From IMG/VR virus record IMGVR_UViG_3300044957_000619: 64,000 nt of DNA, one strand, 5' to 3'. The stretch is from a virus. Every line of letters begins with the position of its first letter. The first letter of the stretch is position 1. Below, one piece after another: positions 16,194 through 26,783 of this stretch. The translations under genes and the position numbers were made by a program. The notes below the pieces were generated by a model, which had not been told where the DNA came from, did not search any database, and saw nothing but the letters and a program-made list of their open reading frames with translations.

Positions 16194-16610
16194 TTATTCT
16201 GATTTAATTACGATTTCATAACCCGCTTCACTTTTCAATGAAACAAATCCAGTAACCGTTTTGCCTTTGAATGCTTCATTAAACTGTCCCGTATCCATGC
16301 CCGTTGCAATGTAAGGTCCACCTGATGGATCAACCATATCAATTGATTCGGTATCGCTGTATACCAAGTGCATGTATTTTTTTGCAAGCTCGGTATATGA
16401 AACTGCTTCATTGTCCCGCTCATGTACTAGCGTTTTAAATACCAATTCACTTTCAGTGCCGCCGTCAGCTACATATTGTGCATAGACATCATCATATGCA
16501 TTAGGCCAACTGCAACGATGCCATTCGAAGTTACCAGTTCATTTAATGTTGCCATTTGGCATTGTGTGAAAGTGATGTGCATCACCATATCTGTTTGTGT
16601 AATTTACCAT
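16194..16610 (-). pseudogene. Hypothetical gene with in-frame TGA at 16539-16541
   Basis: MVNYTNRYGDAHHFHTMPNGNIK*TGNFEWHRC... continues in frame into ORF 16194..16445 (MVDPSGGPYI motif). Confidence 0.65.
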
Positions 16611-16837
16611 GCTATTTTAGCTTTAAAATTAGTTCTATAATATTGCTCAGCACATGTTGCAGCGCTTCTATTGTGATGTTTATTTATCTCTCGGAAGTCA
16701 GCTCCTCCTATAAATGATTGAGTTATCTGCTCCTGCTCCATTGCTTTGGCTTGTTGCAATATAGCATTACACTCCCATTTATCTTGAGGTGTATTCCATA
16801 GCTGTTCATACAACCACTCTACTGCTGTCTGTTTCAT
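16604..16837 (-). CDS. Hypothetical protein (MKQTAVEWL family)
   Basis: QTAVEWL...QAKAMEQEQI pattern common in Bacteroidota phages. Confidence 0.7.
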   Translation of the reverse strand: MKQTAVEWLYEQLWNTPQDKWECNAILQQAKAMEQEQITQSFIGGADFREINKHHNRSAATCAEQYYRTNFKAKIAW

Positions 16838-16924
16838 CTTATTCTTTTTTAGTTAATTCTTCTTGTCGGATCCGATCCTCAGCATATTCATATACTGCAA
16901 AGCAATCAGCACGTTTTGTTTTAC

Positions 16925-17302
16925 TTAAATAACATCTTCTACTAAAATTTCACCGTCAACTAATCTGCTTATTTGTGCAAATTCAACTTGATCTTGGGAT
17001 TCCAATTTCATTTCCACACGGAACTGATCTGCATCTTCCGATGTAGCCAAGGTTCCACAACATGTACCAATGTCGCCTGCCATTTTGTATCGGAATGAAC
17101 CATATGGATTTTGTAGTTCAACAATATCCCAATCCGATTGTGTTAATTCACTAAGCTTTTTATCGCGGTTCTTAATAGTTGCTGAATAATGATAACCACA
17201 GTTATTGCAATTTACATATTCCTCGCCTGTTTTGTAATAAAAGTCACTACATGCTGTTGACTTGCAACTAGGACATGCAATGTAATCGATTATTGAGCCC
17301 AT
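16925..17302 (-). CDS. Zinc-ribbon protein
   Basis: CPSC...CNNCGY. Confidence 0.65.
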   Translation of the reverse strand: MGSIIDYIACPSCKSTACSDFYYKTGEEYVNCNNCGYHYSATIKNRDKKLSELTQSDWDIVELQNPYGSFRYKMAGDIGTCCGTLATSEDADQFRVEMKLESQDQVEFAQISRLVDGEILVEDVI

Positions 17303-17320
17303 AATTTATATTTTTTTAAT

Positions 17321-17680
17321 TTAATAAAGGTGTTTTAATTGTTTTGCTTGTTCAACATGTTTGCACCGCTTTCTAAATCCAAATCCAGAGCATGTACATG
17401 ACCATTGCTTGAAGCGAACGGTAACAGTGTATGCAGTACCCGTTGAGCCTTTGATTACATACTGCTTACGATCCGTTGGAATATCGCGTTGCTTTGCTTG
17501 ATAGCGAACCCATATATAAGATGCATCTTCGGGAGTAACATCATCGGCAATGCGAATGCTACCGCCTTCGGCATCATGAAACAACATGGTGCGACCTGAT
17601 AGAAAATTTACAATTACTGGAGCATACAAGGAAGGACCTCTATGCATTGCTCTAACTTCTTGCTTGGTGTATACTTTCAT
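17321..17680 (-). CDS. SWIM zinc-finger protein
   Basis: GSTGTAYTVT...WSCTCSGFGFRKRCKHV. Confidence 0.8.
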   Translation of the reverse strand: MKVYTKQEVRAMHRGPSLYAPVIVNFLSGRTMLFHDAEGGSIRIADDVTPEDASYIWVRYQAKQRDIPTDRKQYVIKGSTGTAYTVTVRFKQWSCTCSGFGFRKRCKHVEQAKQLKHLY

Positions 17681-17740
17681 AACTTATAATATATAATTCA
17701 TTTCATGTTTCCAATCAATCCCACCACCAACTTAAACTTC

Positions 17741-17956
17741 TTACAATTCACATCCTTCTACCTCCTTTGGTTCCTGAGTTGTATCGGGACGATACGGATC
17801 TTGCTGATCAAACAACATGTCACGCAATATTTGATTTTCTTGTTCTAGTTGTGGGCATGATGTACAGTCATCACGAAAAATTTCTGTTATCATCACTCCA
17901 ACCCCTATTCCAATCACAGTTCCAATTGCTGCTAAATACATTTCAATTTTGTTCAT
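17741..17956 (-). CDS. Small membrane-anchored protein
   Basis: N-terminal TM helix, CTSC, short coiled coil. Confidence 0.55.
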   Translation of the reverse strand: MNKIEMYLAAIGTVIGIGVGVMITEIFRDDCTSCPQLEQENQILRDMLFDQQDPYRPDTTQEPKEVEGCEL

Positions 17957-18206
17957 CTTCTACGGATTTTGTTTTTGTTAATTCATATTCATATCGTTGC
18001 GTAATCAACATACGCTGCGTACTGCTTCGTTCCGACGTTTTATCTCGAACCATTTCATATTCTCGTTGCAACGTTTCCATATCCATTCTAGCTATTTCGC
18101 GTTTCGATGGCGGCAAATAATCTGTTGGATCAATGTTTTGCATAAATTGTTGCAAGAATTGATTGTATTGTTTTTGTTCTTCGTGTGTTAAATTTTCTAA
18201 ATTCAT
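17943..18206 (-). CDS. Hypothetical protein
   Basis: 87-aa ORF. Confidence 0.55.
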   Translation of the reverse strand: MNLENLTHEEQKQYNQFLQQFMQNIDPTDYLPPSKREIARMDMETLQREYEMVRDKTSERSSTQRMLITQRYEYELTKTKSVEDEQN

Positions 18207-18207
18207 G

Positions 18208-18372
18208 TTATGCTATTATATTAATTAATAACCATATTGCACATGACCATCCAGCTGTTCCTACAAACAACATGGATTCTATAAACAAATCTGATTGTGG
18301 TTCCCTTAATCCTTCTACTAATCTAATCAAACAAGCAAGTGCCAATGGAATTCCAAAAAATGCTAATGTCAT
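18208..18372 (-). CDS. Small two-TM membrane protein (54 aa)
   Basis: Not in ORF track; MTLAFFGIPLALACLIRLVEG...CAIWLLINIIA fills the gap exactly. Confidence 0.55.
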   Translation of the reverse strand: MTLAFFGIPLALACLIRLVEGLREPQSDLFIESMLFVGTAGWSCAIWLLINIIA

Positions 18373-18377
18373 ATCTT

Positions 18378-18722
18378 TTATTTTTTATTGTTACAAGTTT
18401 TAAACAAAAAGTCATTAAGTGAATGTCCGCAGACGCACGTTTGTAAAGAAACATCAAATTTACAACCCGACCTCGATATTTTTTTATCTGCTAAGAATGC
18501 ACCGACCTCTGATTGCAGTGAATGTTGATTTACAGGTACTGCATCTATAGGACCATCATACTTAGTTATGCTACCATCAGAATGAATTGTCATTGCAATT
18601 CTCAATTTTTTTGGCTCTGGTTTAGACTGATCAAATATTCGATGAAACTCGCCATTATCGAATTCAAATAAAAATTTTCGTAATTTGTTTGTTGCTGTAA
18701 TAATATATTGTAATCGTTTCAT
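18378..18722 (-). CDS. Hypothetical protein
   Basis: 114-aa ORF behind TTGG-type promoter. Confidence 0.55.
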   Translation of the reverse strand: MKRLQYIITATNKLRKFLFEFDNGEFHRIFDQSKPEPKKLRIAMTIHSDGSITKYDGPIDAVPVNQHSLQSEVGAFLADKKISRSGCKFDVSLQTCVCGHSLNDFLFKTCNNKK

Positions 18723-18785
18723 GAATCTTTTTCTATAATATATAAAAGAATCAACGATAAACCAACCAATACGGGAGAAACTTTG

Positions 18786-19172
18786 TTATCCTTTAATTAA
18801 TTTTTTTGTTTGTTCTTCGGTTTCTTTCATCGTAAAGTAAGTAGCTACTAGTTTGTCAAATCGTCGATCAACGTATGAATTTAATTCATCAATCCGACGG
18901 TCTGTTGACTCTGCGCAGTGACTAATCTCACGATATATTTGATTGTGCTGATCCTGTGTGTTTCGATCACTTTCATCAATCATTTTACATAACTGTTCTT
19001 CGAGCCGAGTATTGCTTCGATATAAATTAGCAATCGATTCGTTTGCGTTACGATCTTGAAATTCTAAGCTTCGTTTTAATTTTAATACCTTCACAGTACT
19101 ATATACAGCAATAGCAGCAATTGCCACTAAAACCATTGTTAGTACTCCAAAAGCAAACATCAATGTTTCCAT
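18786..19172 (-). CDS. Membrane-anchored coiled-coil protein flanked by inverted repeats
   Basis: N-terminal TM, heptad region; imperfect inverted repeats at 18760-18785 and 19190-19215. Confidence 0.65.
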   Translation of the reverse strand: METLMFAFGVLTMVLVAIAAIAVYSTVKVLKLKRSLEFQDRNANESIANLYRSNTRLEEQLCKMIDESDRNTQDQHNQIYREISHCAESTDRRIDELNSYVDRRFDKLVATYFTMKETEEQTKKLIKG

Positions 19173-19213
19173 AAGTTTCCTCCATATGTCAAAGAACTCC
19201 CGTATCGAGTTGG

Positions 19214-19312
19214 TTATCGTATTTGTGAATAAGCATCACAAGACGAACGTGTTGAGCGACAAGCTGTAAGCGTGCAACACAACGCAATAAGTATCATAGC
19301 AACAATTTTCAT
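19214..19312 (-). CDS. Small lipoprotein (32 aa)
   Basis: MKIVAMILIALCCTLTA-CRSTRSSCDAYSQIR; lipobox LTAC. Confidence 0.55.
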   Translation of the reverse strand: MKIVAMILIALCCTLTACRSTRSSCDAYSQIR

Positions 19313-19521
19313 ATTGGTGTTCCTGTTATGTTTTTATAGTCAATATACCGTTCAACTGCTTCATCATAGTCTTCACGCGGAAAAGCAATGCGAACATTAT
19401 CGACATACGCAAATACTTCCCGCGGAAATGACATTACATCGGAAAGCTTATCAAAATCAATTTTTTGAAGTTTATAATAACTTCCCGTTTCTGCCAATCT
19501 CGTAAGTATTTCAATTTTCAT
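19309..19521 (-). CDS. Hypothetical protein
   Basis: 70-aa ORF. Confidence 0.55.
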   Translation of the reverse strand: MKIEILTRLAETGSYYKLQKIDFDKLSDVMSFPREVFAYVDNVRIAFPREDYDEAVERYIDYKNITGTPI

Positions 19522-19637
19522 AACTGTTCCTACATGGTCATGTTTTTATAACTTATATAATATATATATATAGAAAATAAATTTTATTTCCAATTCATTT
19601 AATTGTTTTGATTACTTGACCATCTTCATGTAAAATA

Positions 19638-22076
19638 TCAACGAATCAATGTTATATGACCTGTTATAGTATACTTTGCATCCGTATTTTTATCACCAAA
19701 CCATATCTTATACGTATACACACCGTCTGCACATAATGCATTGTTATAAGTTCCGTCCCACGCTGCTTCTGCCCAATAAGACTCCCAAACAATCTCACCC
19801 CATCGATTAAACACAGTCAAATGAAACTCTTCAGGATCAAAGCCCGAAGTAAATACGGGTCTCCATGTTTGATTGTGTTGGTTTCCGTCAGGAGTAAATG
19901 TATTAGGTACATAGTATAGGAGCTGCGGACAACGAGACACCGTAAACGACGTAGTTACTGATTCTGATACACACCCATTAGCTGTATGCGTAGCTTGTAT
20001 TGTATACATTCCAGCATCGTTCCATGAAACTGTCAGTGTTGGTGATTGTGTTGTATTGCCCGCCAGTGTCCATTCTGTAACGCCGGGCACACTAACTGTA
20101 GCTACATATGTTGATGTAACAGAATCTCCTTCGCAAATTTGTATGAACTCATCATTCGGAGTAATTGCTAATACTTCTGGTTGTGGATAAACTGTTATTG
20201 TTGTAAATGATGTAAATGTACAATTACTTTGCGTATAAGTATATGATATTGTATTTGTTCCCACTGCTGCAGCAGGATCAAACATGTTACCTGTTACGCC
20301 TAATCCAGCAAACACTCCCGCTTGAGGTGTTGCTGAAAGTGCTGCATCCGCATCATAAACGCAAAATGGTCCTATAGCATCAATCACAGGAACAATATTT
20401 AATATGTATACATCTCGCACAATGGGTGTGCTAAGACATCCAAATTGATTTGCAGCCACTACTTGAACAGCTCCGCTTACTAATCCTGCGTTTAATGCAC
20501 TCCAATCTACGGTAATGGTATTTGTACCTTGCCCTGATACGATTACTCCCAGCGATGTCCATGTATATGTATATCCCGGTTGCGCGGGTACCGAATATGT
20601 TGCTGCAGTTTCACCCATGCACATGGTATCAAGTGATGCAATTGGCCCAGTTACTACTGACGGAGGATCTGTTAACGTTATTGTATTAGATGCAGTACAA
20701 CCATTAGCATCGGTCACTACTACAGCATACGCGCCTTGACATAACATTGTAGCCGTTTGTGTTGTTTGGTTGTTGCTCCATGCATATGTATATGGAGCTA
20801 CGCCATCTATAGGATTAGCAGTCGCAGTACCATTACATTCTCCGGCGCATACTGGATTCGTTGCTAACACTAACGGATCTTGCAATGGAGCTGGATCTAC
20901 TAATGTAGCATTTGCAGTAACAGCACAACCATATACATCTGCTATAGTTACCGTATATGATCCTGCACAAAGACCCGTAAGTGAATTTGTTGTTTGTCCC
21001 GTTGTCCACGTATATGAATAAGGAGCAGTTCCATTAGTTGGTGTAACAACCAATGTGCCGTCGCAGGCTGCATTACATACCGGATTGGTTATTATGATAT
21101 TAGGTTGATTAAGTACTGGCGGACCTGGCACTACTTGAACGGTATCTGGTCCTTGTCCTGCACTAGCATTACATGTAGACCAACCTGCATTGCACGCCGG
21201 ATATTCTAAATGGCAAGTATAATAAACTCCTCCTGCAGGAGGCGTTACTGTTATTTGATTTACATTCTGAGCAATTGGCACTGGATTACCTACTTGGTAC
21301 CAAACAAGAGTTGGCGTAACTGCAGCACCATTTGGAGTCCATCGCCAAGCATTATTTACTGCAGTCCATTGGGTTGAGTTTCTTCCTGGTACCGTTACTG
21401 CCTGCGTACCTGTTGCATTATGTATGCCATGTACTGCAGTACCGTTAGCCCACTGATTGCATGCTGGTTTGTTGGCAAGATAACTTTCAATATAATTAGT
21501 AGATTCATGAATTACTATATGAAATGTACCTTGAAGATTAGTGCACAAAAACATGGGCACTCCGATCCAACTTACTGTCAATTTTCTGCATGGTGCAACT
21601 CCAGAAGTTTGATAGCGTATTTGACCGCCAAGAGAAGGATTCCAATCCTGCCAAGGACCCATTATGCAATTTTTTGGTACCACAGCATTCATTGATGGAA
21701 TTGCTTGCGTTGCAAATGTAGCCGGCTGTACACCCGCACCTAACGATATCCAACCATTGGATCCAATTCGAAACTGGGTATAGGTTTGTCCGTAAAAGCA
21801 AAACGTAAATCCAATATTGAACGTGCCGGACTGAGAATCATCAGACAATTGCACCATTGCACCTGTATTAGTTTGTGCTGCATAAGGCAAATTTGCAACA
21901 CTGTAACTTGTTGTTTGATTAGGATTACTACCCGGAGTACATTGCGATAAATCTGCTGTCAATGTAGTTGACGTTACTCCACAAGGAAGAATCTGATCTG
22001 GCCCTAATGCGGGACAATACTGAGAATAAGATATGATGCTAATTAGCATCCAAATAAGTGCAAATATGCGTTTCAT
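19638..22076 (-). CDS. SprB-repeat adhesin-like protein with T9SS type-B (gliding-motility/CHU_C) C-terminal sorting domain
   Basis: Signal peptide ending SYS-Q; repeats GTAPYSYTW...LCAGSYTVTIADVYGC; CTD YVPNTFTPDG...FNRWGEIVWES...WDGTYN...DGVYTY...GHITLIR. Confidence 0.9.
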   Translation of the reverse strand: MKRIFALIWMLISIISYSQYCPALGPDQILPCGVTSTTLTADLSQCTPGSNPNQTTSYSVANLPYAAQTNTGAMVQLSDDSQSGTFNIGFTFCFYGQTYTQFRIGSNGWISLGAGVQPATFATQAIPSMNAVVPKNCIMGPWQDWNPSLGGQIRYQTSGVAPCRKLTVSWIGVPMFLCTNLQGTFHIVIHESTNYIESYLANKPACNQWANGTAVHGIHNATGTQAVTVPGRNSTQWTAVNNAWRWTPNGAAVTPTLVWYQVGNPVPIAQNVNQITVTPPAGGVYYTCHLEYPACNAGWSTCNASAGQGPDTVQVVPGPPVLNQPNIIITNPVCNAACDGTLVVTPTNGTAPYSYTWTTGQTTNSLTGLCAGSYTVTIADVYGCAVTANATLVDPAPLQDPLVLATNPVCAGECNGTATANPIDGVAPYTYAWSNNQTTQTATMLCQGAYAVVVTDANGCTASNTITLTDPPSVVTGPIASLDTMCMGETAATYSVPAQPGYTYTWTSLGVIVSGQGTNTITVDWSALNAGLVSGAVQVVAANQFGCLSTPIVRDVYILNIVPVIDAIGPFCVYDADAALSATPQAGVFAGLGVTGNMFDPAAAVGTNTISYTYTQSNCTFTSFTTITVYPQPEVLAITPNDEFIQICEGDSVTSTYVATVSVPGVTEWTLAGNTTQSPTLTVSWNDAGMYTIQATHTANGCVSESVTTSFTVSRCPQLLYYVPNTFTPDGNQHNQTWRPVFTSGFDPEEFHLTVFNRWGEIVWESYWAEAAWDGTYNNALCADGVYTYKIWFGDKNTDAKYTITGHITLIR

Positions 22077-22115
22077 AACTGGCCTTTAATATAAATAAGA
22101 ACCTAAGCAGTTTTG

Positions 22116-22187
22116 TAGTCGGTACGGGATTCGAACCCGTGTGACGAGAATGAAAATCTTGTATCCTAACCCCTAGATGAACCGACC
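22116..22187 (-). tRNA. tRNA-Glu (anticodon TTC)
   Basis: GGTCGGT acceptor stem, D arm, CAAGA-TTTTCAT-TCTCG anticodon arm (one mismatch), GGTTCGAATCC T arm; no encoded CCA. Confidence 0.88.
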
Positions 22188-22191
22188 AATA

Positions 22192-22362
22192 TTAAAAATC
22201 TCCTAGTCGCAAATGATAATTGTATGCTGCTTGATCTTCATAATAAGCCATATCAGCTAATCGCATTACACATTCATCATACGTACCCGTTAACAGGACT
22301 TCACCTTGAGCATTTACAAGTTGAAATACATCCTTCTTTGAATTTACACAAACAATTTCCAT
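22192..22362 (-). CDS. Small hypothetical protein (56 aa)
   Basis: Not in ORF track; MEIVCVNSKKDVFQLVNAQGEVLLTGTYDEC... behind TTGGA promoter. Confidence 0.55.
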   Translation of the reverse strand: MEIVCVNSKKDVFQLVNAQGEVLLTGTYDECVMRLADMAYYEDQAAYNYHLRLGDF

Positions 22363-22410
22363 ATTCTTTTTTTATATAAAATAAAATTGCTTTTACATAT
22401 CCAACCAAAA

Positions 22411-22725
22411 TCAAATAAATTGTAGTAAGAAATAACTAAGTTTATATCCTGTAAATGCACCTAATGCTGACGGTATAGGAAATACTATTAATCTACCTAA
22501 CTCAGTCACATACTTGGTACGATTCACAATTCTACCCATAAATGCATAATACGCTAAATAACCAAACAATACTGCTAGGTCCGTACGCGTTGCAATAAAC
22601 ACTACCAATATTGCTCCCAAGAATCCAAATGTAAAGTTGTCTCGGAAACCTTCCCAAATTTCTCGTGTCGATGCATTCTTATATTCTTTATATATGCGTT
22701 TATATCGTGATGATTTTGTTTTCAT
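22411..22725 (-). CDS. Membrane protein
   Basis: Likely start MKTKSSRY; three hydrophobic segments. Confidence 0.6.
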   Translation of the reverse strand: MKTKSSRYKRIYKEYKNASTREIWEGFRDNFTFGFLGAILVVFIATRTDLAVLFGYLAYYAFMGRIVNRTKYVTELGRLIVFPIPSALGAFTGYKLSYFLLQFI

Positions 22726-23057
22726 TCTATTGTTTTTTCTACGTATGTACATGTTTCTCCGGCATCGAATCCTTTTTCTAACAACAATGGTAACGAAGCT
22801 GATTTGCACCAAGCATATACTTTGTAACCTTTATATCGTTGTTGTGCATACGTCCAACGCGTATCCCAAAGTGTTCTATATATTCCTTTGCGACGATGTT
22901 CTTCATGTACCCAAGCATCAAGGAATTTAATTTTGCTATCATCTTCGCGCTCCATGTAGATGTGTCCAACAATCTCACCATTGATCATGGCAATCCATGT
23001 TTCAAGTCGTTGAGCATTGCTTTTGAGATGTACTATTTTAATATCATCTGTTGTCAT
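22722..23057 (-). CDS. GNAT-family acetyltransferase
   Basis: WVHEEHRRKGIY acetyl-CoA motif A; LLEKGF. Confidence 0.8.
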   Translation of the reverse strand: MTTDDIKIVHLKSNAQRLETWIAMINGEIVGHIYMEREDDSKIKFLDAWVHEEHRRKGIYRTLWDTRWTYAQQRYKGYKVYAWCKSASLPLLLEKGFDAGETCTYVEKTIE

Positions 23058-23302
23058 AAATTTCCTAAATAAACCACTAATGCTCCTATTGTATAACCTA
23101 TAGCAGATGCCGTTGCCATTTTAATTCGTTCTGTCCATGATTTTGAATCAACCATGTATCCTACAAATGGTAAACCTAAAAACGGCCCAATGAATGCCCA
23201 AAATATCATTGCAATGCTACGGTCTGCAACTGTTGCAATGTACATGGTTGATGCTGTTTCCAAAACAAATGCAGCAAATGCTATGATAAGATATTTTTTC
23301 AA
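23054..23302 (-). CDS. Small membrane protein
   Basis: Three TM segments. Confidence 0.6.
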   Translation of the reverse strand: MKKYLIIAFAAFVLETASTMYIATVADRSIAMIFWAFIGPFLGLPFVGYMVDSKSWTERIKMATASAIGYTIGALVVYLGNL

Positions 23303-24465
23303 TTTGATAAAGGTGCTTTAATTGTTGGGTGTGATTGATACTTGTATAATTGTATATCTTCTTCTAACAGACATTTGCAGAAGTGATCGTTTTTGAATCC
23401 ATGAAATACAGCTGTAGCATCCAATGGTCCTTCACTACATTCACCTGATTCAGTTGGCCACCACTCTGTATTGATGTTTAAAGTTGGTAGTGGATACGGT
23501 TCTCGATGCATTTGTTCTTTAGCTTGCTCTATATGATTCAAATATAAATGAGCATCGCCTATATTGCCAATCAATTCATCTGGGACCATATTGACTGCTT
23601 TTGCAATAATTTTAAGTAACAATCCGTAACTAGCTATATTGAATGGTAAACCTAAAAACACGTCTGCTGAACGTTGATTCCACATTAAAGAGATTGCTCT
23701 ACGAGGCACATTAAACTCATCACATATGGTATGCATTTCTACATCAGCATCTATTGTTTCATGGTTACCTTCCTTAATCATATCATAAAGTTTAGTTCTT
23801 CCGTTTGAACCTAATGCAGTTCTTTCTCTAGCACTCAACTCTCTTGTATAAACTTGAAATCCATAATGACAGGGTGGAAGAACCATTTGGTCTAATTCAC
23901 CTACATTCCAGGTATTAACCATTAATCGTCTTGAGTCTGGATTTGTTTTAAGTTCGTTGATTAGGGTAGATATTTGGTCTCCCCATTTATGTCCATAGTT
24001 TGGTGACCAACTTCTCCATTGTTTACCATAGATCGGTCCTAATTCACCCCACTTCTTAGCAAACTCATCATCTGTTTTGATTTTGTTGATGAATTCTTCC
24101 TTTGTCATAAGACGAGTGCGGTTTTGGTGAGGATCATCTACATGAATATCATAATCAGGTTCTTCCACTTTACTTGCCTCTTCACAATATTTCTTATAGC
24201 AGTCGCCATCCCAAATATGACAATCATTATCAACAAGGAATTTGATGTTTGTATCGCCACGTAAGAACCATAGTAGTTCTGTTACAATTTGTTTCCAAGC
24301 CATCTTTTTAGTAGTGAGTAAAGGAAAGCCAAGTTTCATATCGTGACGAATTTGCCTTCCAAACGCAGAATGTGTTTTACCGTTTCTGCCTTCCTTTAAT
24401 TGTCCATTCTTAAACACATCATATAGTAGTTTAAGATAATCGTGTTCTATATTATTCATCGCCAT
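23299..24465 (-). CDS. thyA: Thymidylate synthase
   Basis: FPLLTTKK, ELLWFLRG, GPIYGKQWR, PDSRR, LPPCH, QRSADVFLGLPFNIASY, GDAHLYLNH. Confidence 0.97.
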   Translation of the reverse strand: MAMNNIEHDYLKLLYDVFKNGQLKEGRNGKTHSAFGRQIRHDMKLGFPLLTTKKMAWKQIVTELLWFLRGDTNIKFLVDNDCHIWDGDCYKKYCEEASKVEEPDYDIHVDDPHQNRTRLMTKEEFINKIKTDDEFAKKWGELGPIYGKQWRSWSPNYGHKWGDQISTLINELKTNPDSRRLMVNTWNVGELDQMVLPPCHYGFQVYTRELSARERTALGSNGRTKLYDMIKEGNHETIDADVEMHTICDEFNVPRRAISLMWNQRSADVFLGLPFNIASYGLLLKIIAKAVNMVPDELIGNIGDAHLYLNHIEQAKEQMHREPYPLPTLNINTEWWPTESGECSEGPLDATAVFHGFKNDHFCKCLLEEDIQLYKYQSHPTIKAPLSN

Positions 24466-24643
24466 ATTTTTTTCTCAAGTATTCTGCCCAAGATCGTTGT
24501 TTTCGTCCATTAACAAAGAACCACCCTAAGTTCATTTCAAACCATTTATTAACTTCATATGACCAATAACATACAGTATGCCAAACAAGCCATGCCATAG
24601 TTATAATCCAAACACTAATTAAAATTATTAATAAATTATTCAT
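24452..24643 (-). CDS. Small membrane protein
   Basis: N-terminal TM; WFEMNLGWFFVNGRK. Confidence 0.6.
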   Translation of the reverse strand: MNNLLIILISVWIITMAWLVWHTVCYWSYEVNKWFEMNLGWFFVNGRKQRSWAEYLRKKYGDE

Positions 24644-24892
24644 CTTCTAATCCATCTAAGAGTGTATTATCCTATAACAACATATCATCATCAATTTCTT
24701 CTGCATCCTGTATGGTTTCGCAAAATATAAAGTGCGTATCTGAACGCAAAACATGATCAGCTCGTACCCATTCCATATACAATTTAACATATTCCATATC
24801 AGGTTGTTCTCCTATCTTGCGAGCAAAATATGATACAGATTTTTTTTTAAAATAATGTATGCAGCATCACCATGTTTGTATATTGATCTCAT
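24636..24892 (-). pseudogene. Hypothetical gene with a frameshift in an A9 run and an in-frame TAG
   Basis: MRSIYKHGDAAYIILKK / SVSYFARK...ADHVLR...FCETIQDAEEIDDDMLL*DNTLLDGLEDE; fills the gap between neighbours exactly. Confidence 0.6.
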
Positions 24893-25122
24893 TGTCCCCA
24901 TTCTTCATAACCCAATTGTATTGCATCTGAAATATCTAGTTTAGGATTTTCTTTCATGCGTTTCAATGCCCAAGTAACAACTTCCGTTTCTACTTTCAAA
25001 TCACGTGCATCACGCAATACATGTTCTACAATATCCAAAGACCGATGAATATCTTCCACCGGCCTTGGTTTGGGTGTCATTAACACCTTAAGTACTTTTT
25101 GATATAATTTGGTTTGCTTCAT
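24889..25122 (-). CDS. Hypothetical protein
   Basis: 77-aa ORF. Confidence 0.6.
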   Translation of the reverse strand: MKQTKLYQKVLKVLMTPKPRPVEDIHRSLDIVEHVLRDARDLKVETEVVTWALKRMKENPKLDISDAIQLGYEEWGQ

Positions 25123-25123
25123 G

Positions 25124-26770
<1,647 letters not shown>

Positions 26771-26783
26771 TTAATATAAATAT

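Noticed and set aside
22116-22187. tRNA as a prophage attachment site
   Set aside because: No integrase, no duplicated tRNA 3' end, and no switch to bacterial housekeeping synteny on either side.
23299-24465. Intron or intein in thyA
   Set aside because: The extra segments are short and in frame, with no intein terminal motifs or group I intron features.
16539-24674. Stop-codon reassignment (TGA or TAG read as an amino acid)
   Set aside because: Only two isolated internal stops. Long conserved genes are uninterrupted in code 11, many genes end in TGA or TAG with tight overlaps, and no suppressor tRNA is seen.
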